Origin: the human T2T-CHM13v2.0 reference genome, Homo sapiens
NCBI RefSeq assembly: GCF_009914755.1
Contig: NC_060936.1
Direction: 5' to 3' (one strand)
DNA: 64,000 nucleotides
Shown here: piece by piece, positions 56,901 through 64,000 of the stretch
Layout of the letters: each line of letters starts with the position of its first letter
Position numbering within the stretch: the stretch's first letter is position 1
Program-made: the position numbers and the translations under genes
The notes under the pieces: generated by a model
Seen by the model: the letters and a program-made list of their open reading frames with translations, nothing else
Databases searched by the model: none
Told to the model about the DNA's origin: nothing

Positions 56901-57214
56901 CACTCAGACCTTCGCCTCAGTTTCCTTGCTGGTAGAATTGCATAATGATGATGATCTCCTCCCAAGAGAGGATCCATTGAAGTGGTGAAAATTGGCTATT
57001 TAGCACCGTGTGTGAAACACAATAAGCACGTAATAAAGGGTGGTGTTTCTATGAGTGATCATGGTTATTGGGGCTGCTCGGGCCTTTTGTGGTACAGGAT
57101 CCCAGAGTCATAGTATGAGGAATCCCTTTGGAAGCCTGTGCTTCCAAGCAGCAGCAGCAGCCCAGTGTTTGGCAGCACATCACTAAGAACTGGGCCATGC
57201 AGAGTGATCAGCAG

Positions 57215-57445
57215 GATGGACTATGGAGCCAGACTGCTGGGTTCAAATCCTGACTCCTACTCAGCTGTGTGACAATGAGCAAGTTGATTAACCCCTCTGT
57301 GCCCCATTTTCCTTATCTGTGAAATAAATTTAAAATAATAGTGCCTTCATCATAGGGTTATTATGAGGATTAAACAAGTTCGTATTTGTAAAAAGCTTAC
57401 AATATGCCTGACAAATAGGAATGCTATGTAAGTATTTGTTAATAA
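57215..57445 (+). mobile_element. MIR
   Basis: ggactatggagccagactgctgggttcaaatcctgactc...catagggttattatgaggattaaa. Confidence 0.85.
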
Positions 57446-59480
57446 AGCATGTTAAATAAGATTAGTGTTCCCATTTTACATATGAGAAAGCAAAATGAAA
57501 TTAAAGCTGTGCCAGGTTGCCTGGTGAGTGAGGGCACAGCCAAGGGATGAACCCGGGCAGCCTGGCCTCCGAGCCCAGATCCTCAGGGGTGGGCTTAACA
57601 GAGTTACACTGGAGTAAAACTCTCAGGGAACCTGGGAGCTGCCGGTTACCTTCTAGCAACAGTGAGGTCAGGATTGGTCCTTGGAATCAGAGACAAAAAG
57701 GAGGGCCACGAGCCTGGTAGGGTAGGCCCACGGCACCCTAAGGGTCTCTGAACTATTCCAGAAACTGCATTCATCTAGCACTGACTCCCTCCCCACCCTC
57801 TGCTATCACTCGCAAAACCATGCTGGACAGGGATGGCAGCCTTCCTGGGGGCCAGGCTTTCCCCACTGGGTAAGGTCTACTGTGATTCTGGTGGTATTTG
57901 TTAGATATGATATCTAATTTGAGACCTTAAAAAGCACTTGGACTGTAGTCTCTGTGTCTCTGTATTTGCTTCTTCCAAATACAGTATATTCTTTCCAAAG
58001 TCTGCACTTTGCTTTGTAATTTATTTAATGATTATCATAGGAGATCTCTGACACTTAATGAGAGCTGTATGCTGAGCGCAGTACTCTGCTAAGCGCTATA
58101 CACGAATTATCTCATTTAATTCATATCCAAAATCCTGTAAAGAAAGTATTACTAAGTTCAGTGTACAGATGAGAAAACTGAACAATAAAGTGGTTACGTA
58201 ACTGGCCCCAAGATCACACAACTGCCAAATAGCAGACTTGGGATTTGAGATACCAGAGTTTATGCTCATAATTTCTATGCTAGCTTTAAAACATAATAAA
58301 TGCATAAAGATGTCCAGGGCCTGACCAGCTTGCATTTGGCACTCACAAAGCATCCAGAGATCAGCAGAATGCATTAACTCCCCGCCTCGGTGCCGCCTCC
58401 TTCCCAAGAGAGAGAAAGCAACGCCATCGCTTGCTGTCCTCAGGCCTGCAGGCTTCCTGGAAAACATCCTTCTAAAGTCATGTCCCTGAAGTGGTGGAAG
58501 ATATTGAGCCTATCTCTCGGGGCTGGGGCACTTGAGAATCAGAGAAATTGACCACCTCGGTAGCTGCCCTCTCACTTAAATTGATCAGATTTTTTACTGC
58601 ATCATTGAAAGCCACTTGAAGGGAAAACCATAAAGCTGGTTGCCTTCTAGTGATGCCCCAGGTGACCAGCTGAATAGATTTCTGCATAAATAAGTCAGGC
58701 ACTCAAGAGGGCACACTTATTTGTCCAGGCCACGGAGGGACATGTTGGTTTACAGTGGTGGAGATCCTTCAGAAACTTTCTGGAAAGACTGTATGGGGCT
58801 CTCAGCCACATTTACAGATATGCTACAGGAACTTTTTTTGCAGAGTTAAACATTTCTGACAAATCGGGTTGAACAGAAAGCCACAGTTGTCATAGATTTT
58901 TATGGAAAATGTTTCTTACCTGCTCTAGTTCACTTGCCTGACTTAGCTGGTAAAATTCAGTAACCAGAACCATTATTTATTATTTATTTTGGATGACCAA
59001 GGGATTATTGATAAACAGATGCCTTCTGGGGCCTGCTTTCAAGAATGAAGACCACACAATGGCAAAGGACGCTCTCTTCAGTAAAAGGCTTTGGGGAAAC
59101 TGGATATCCACATGCAGAAGAATGAAATTAGACCCTTATGGCATCCATATACACAAATCAGCTCAAAATGTAAGACCTGAAACTGTAAAACCACTAGAAA
59201 ACACAGGTGGAAATTTCCATAACATTGGCCTGGGCAATGATTTTTTTGGTGATGACTCCAAAAGTATAGGCAACAAAAGCAAAAATAGACAAATGGGATT
59301 GCATCAAATTAAAGAGCTTCTGCACAGCAAAGGAAACAATCAACAGGGTGAAGACACAACTTATGGAATGGGAGAAAATACTTGCAAATCATACATCTGA
59401 TATGGGGTTAATATCCAAAATATATCAGGAACTCAAACACCTCAATAGTAAGGAAATTATCCGATTAAAAAATGAGTGAG

Positions 59481-60036
<556 letters not shown>

Positions 60037-60789
60037 TAATGAGCCAAGGTCCTAAACATGTCATTTCTCAAAAGAAGACATATAAATGGCCAACAGGTAT
60101 ATGAAAAAATGCTCAATATCGCTAACTGTCAGGGAATGCAAATTAAAACTACAATGAGATATCGCTTCACACCTGTTAGAATGGCTGTTATCAAAAAGAT
60201 GAAATATAAAAGTGTTGGCAAGAGTGTCAAGAAAAGGAACCCTTGTACACTGCTGGTGGGAATGTAAATTATTACAGCCATTATGGAAAACAGAACAGAA
60301 ATTCCTCAAAAAATTAAAAATAGAATTACTATAAGATCCAGGAATCCCATCACTGGCTATATATCCAAAGGAAATGAAATCAGTATATCAGAGAGATATC
60401 CACACTCCTGTGTTTATTGCAGCACTGTTCACAATTGCCAAAATATGGAATCAACCTGCCTATCAACAGATGAATGGATAAAGAAAATGTGGTATATGTA
60501 CACAGTGGAATTACTATTCAGTCTTAAAAAAAAGAAGGAAATCCTGTCATTTGTGACAAAGTCAATAAACCTGGAGGACATTATGTTACGTGAAATAATC
60601 CAGGCACAGAAAGAAAAACACCATGCAATCTCACCATAAATAAATAAGTATGTGAGGTAAGTAATGCATATGGTAATTAGTTTGATTTAGCCATACCACA
60701 GTGTATTCATGTGGTGCACCATAAATACACACCATGCTTAATGGTTAATTAAAATGTAATTGATTTTTTTTAAAAGAATGAATGGTAGA

Positions 60790-61680
60790 TCATTCATGGC
60801 TCACCTATCCATTGGCACAGTGTGTGTCAGGCACTGATGGGTATACAATAGACAACAAGATAGATGTGGTCCTGCCCCTCGGAGGCTGGCATGCTATTGG
60901 AAGAAACAAACATTTTTTAAGTAAATAAAATAGTCACAAACTGTGAAAAATGCTAACGAGGAGACAAACAAAATTGGCCTGGAGAGCCCTGGCTTGTATG
61001 GACGTGTCAGAGATGTCCTGCAGAGAGCCAGGGGAAGGACCTTCCAGGGAGAGGGAACTGCAGGAGCTGAGTCCTCTAGGCAGGAAAGCCACTGCCTCTT
61101 GAAGGGTCAGAAGAAAGAGGAGAGTCGCTGTTGCAGAGTGAAGGAGGGAGAGAAGCTGGGAAGGGGGAGCCTGTAGAGCTCAGCAGGCCCCTCCTGGAGA
61201 GCTGGACTTTATCCCCAGTGCACTGGAAGGCAGTGGAAGGTTTTAAGCAGGGGCATAACATGGTTCTATTTATGTTTTAAACTCACCCTGACCTTGTGTA
61301 AGAGACTGGTTTGGATGAGGAGAATGAAAGCAGGAAGACCAGCTAGCAGGCTGTGGCAGTAACTGGATATCTCAGAGATGGATGCTGGTCTTTGAGACCC
61401 AGGTGGGGCAGCAGAGGTGGAAAGAAGTGGATGGATTTGGGATTTCATTGGCAAAACCAACAGCTAATGGAATGGATATGGGCATGAGAAAAGGTTCTGG
61501 CCTTAGTACCTGGGTGGACAGTGGTGCTGTTTACTGAGATGGGATGACTGAGGGACAAGTTTAGAGGGAGGGGATAGGTGTGTTAATGAAAAGTTCCATT
61601 TGGGACCTGCTAAATTTGAGGGTCTGAGAGCCATCCATAGCTGAGCTCAAGTAGGCAGCTATATGTGTGGAGTCATAGGC
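60790..61680 (-). mobile_element. L2
   Basis: gtgtcaggcactg...ccagggagagggaactgc...ggaaggttttaagcagggg...tggtgctgtttactgagatggg. Confidence 0.78.
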
Positions 61681-62727
61681 ATGGTGGAGGGAGAGGGCCA
61701 GGTCCCACTGAAGAGGGCAGGATGGGGGGTCAGGTCAAAACCTGGCTCACCACTTACCAGCTCTGTGACTTGGACAGTTTTCTTAAAGTTTCCTCATCTG
61801 TGGAGTGGGGCTTCCAGCAGCTCCTACCTACATCAGGACTTGTTGTGATGGTTTGAGTTCATACATAGAAAGAGCTTACATTTCAATAGTGAGAATTCAG
61901 TAAATGTCAGCTTCCTGTAATAACAATTATCATCATCTTAGCTACGGTAATTTTCTTGCCATTTGTCTCTTTCTAATTAAAATCAAGTACCTCGATAGCT
62001 GGTAAACACATCTCCTGATGTTCTTGCAATTATTCATTTACGAGTCTGTGAGCTCTGTGAACACAGGGTCTGTGTCTCCCACCTTTGTAGCCCCGTAGTG
62101 TGGGGCCCAGCATACCGTAGGTGCCCAATAACGTTTATCCAGTCATACGGAATAAAGAATGCATATTTTTCATGCAAAAATGCATATTTGATTGAATCCA
62201 TCAAGCATGAAGGATATCAGAAGGAACTTAGACAAAAAAGAAGAAACTCCAATGGGTGTCTTTCTGTGACAATAATTTATAGCATCTTTGCTCCCAAGAA
62301 AGGAGGTCTTGCTTTCACAAAGGAGCCTCTTCCAGAATTGGATAGTGGTATGTGAGAAGAAAGATTTTCTCTATAGTGAGTCAAATCTGATACCTCCCTG
62401 AGATTTGCACACACACAACCCCAATCAAGGGTGCAGACTTTTCACCACGATACACCCAGACCCGTGCGCACCTCTCCCGGAAGCCTCTGTGATGTGTGCT
62501 CTGTGACCTTGCTCTCTTACTCTGGCCCGCCTCCCTCTGTCATGTTCATTTTGCCTGAATCTCCTTCCTTACCCATTGTTTAGGGATCATTGGTCCCTTG
62601 GATGAAGCCCACAGCTGCAGCAAGGGGTCCCCCCTCCTCCCCTGGAGATAGATGCTGTGTTTACATTCTGGAAGGATCCATGGTTTCCCCTTGTGTTCTT
62701 TCAGGGCCCCTAGTCTCTGGCCTCTCC

Positions 62728-62852
62728 CAGATAAAAGTCAAGACACCCAGTTAAATTTCAGTTTCAGATAAACAATGGATAATGTTTTTAGTATAAGTGT
62801 GTCCCATGAAATATTTCTCAAGTATTTTTATTTGCTAAATCTGGTAACCCTA
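62728..62852. mobile_element. MER53 (hAT MITE), partly deleted
   Basis: acacccagttaaatttcagtttcagataaacaa...ttagtataagtgtgtcccatg...tttgctaaatctggtaaccct. Confidence 0.8.
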
Positions 62853-63280
62853 GCTGTAGGAGAGCCATGTTCAAGGCCCCCATGAGGTGTGCCAAGAAGT
62901 TCTATGGCTCAGCCACGTTCTGTGCCCTAGAAGCTCAGGTCTCGGATGCTGATGCCATAGACTGAAGTCAGGCTCCGGTCCTCCAGCCAGCTCTCCCCCA
63001 CTGCCGGGGTAGCCCTCTGTCTTCCCTGGGGAGCCTTCCAACAGCGTTGGGGTGTTCTTGACTTTCCCACCTGCCATGAAAAGGCCTTAATCCTGGAGTC
63101 CAGATTCTGATCAACTCTGGGCCCCTAAGTACCTTTTATTGTCCCTCCCAGGGCTCTCCTGCAAATAGGCCCTTGGAGGCCTGGCCTGACGTTTAGGTCC
63201 TGAGACAGGTGTGCAGATCAGACCCCTCATGGCAACACCAGGCTTCTGGCTCCAGTCCTTGGAGTCCGTCTGCGTCCCAG

Positions 63281-63299
63281 CAGCTCCCCCTGGTGGCCA
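63281..63299 (-). promoter_or_regulatory. CTCF binding motif
   Basis: Minus strand reads TGGCCACCAGGGGGAGCTG, near-identical to the CTCF core consensus TGGCCACCAGGGGGCGCTA. Confidence 0.75.
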
Positions 63300-64000
63300 G
63301 AAGCAAACGCTTCATGTCTTGCATCTAGAGCCAAAGCATCTCCTACCCCTGGATTCCCATTCCGGAATAGTTTTCAGACCAAGGCTCCTCCGCAAATATG
63401 AGTGATGTGTCAGATGAGTGATGAGGGACAGGCCAGGGGCACACACGTCGCATCCACTTCTTGGGGCTCTTGTGGTCGTTCACTCCTCAGCTACTGAGGA
63501 GTCTCAGCGCCATAAACCTGGGACAATGGCCCCCTCTCGTTCCTCACAAATTTCACCCTTACTTCCACCACAAAGTGGGTTCATTAGAGGCAGGAACAGA
63601 ACCAGGAATCTCGAACACCTGGCTCCTCCCCTTAGTTCCCGCCCTCGGAGTCAGCAAGCAGGGGGAGTGTGAGGGGCCTGGGACAGCTCTGACTCTGGCT
63701 GACACACCTGCCTCTGGGCAAGGGTGGTGCATATCTGAGGCGGACAGGCACACATGGAGAAGTCAGAGTCCACGCCCTCTGCTCCATCCCAGTAGCCACC
63801 GTCTCAACTCAGCCCCTCGTCACTTCACACTTTGGCAGTGGTTTCTGTCCACTCAGCTGGTTCAGTTGGCTCTATCACATCTCCCGGCCTCTAGGGTTGG
63901 CTCAGGCCCACCCTCCGTCCTCTCATAGGGCTGGCCATCCAACCATATCACTCCTCTCACGGCTTTTAAGGATAAAGTTTGAAGCCTTAAGGACTACGTC

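Noticed and set aside
57645-57660. X-box-like gttaccttctagcaac
   Set aside because: Spacer is longer than the usual RFX spacing and the site is isolated.

Overview
Primate, almost certainly human, genomic DNA. It is nearly all intron of ABTB3 (BTBD11), transcribed on the + strand (chr12q23.3 from memory). One certain coding exon (36749-36901, 153 nt, phase 2-2; [51 protein letters not shown]) lies in an intragenic CpG island. The rest is a dense mosaic of Alu, MIR, L2, L1, MaLR/ERVL LTRs, hAT/Tigger DNA transposons and microsatellites; nearly all ORFs in the supplied track are noise from these. The richest signals cluster at the CpG island: an internal promoter; an alternative first coding exon whose ATG comes from a MIR core and which must splice via a GC-AG intron; a gapless histone-H2B-like motif in the exon; G-runs; and a candidate poison exon. 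Elsewhere are a perfect 42-bp templated duplication, a 31-bp minisatellite with GLI-like/CCAAT motifs, a near-consensus CTCF site, NKX and RFX motif clusters, and two same-site tandem Alu insertions. I see no new multi-gene system; the internal-promoter module is the best candidate for under-described biology. Repeat subfamily calls and boundaries are by eye and approximate.
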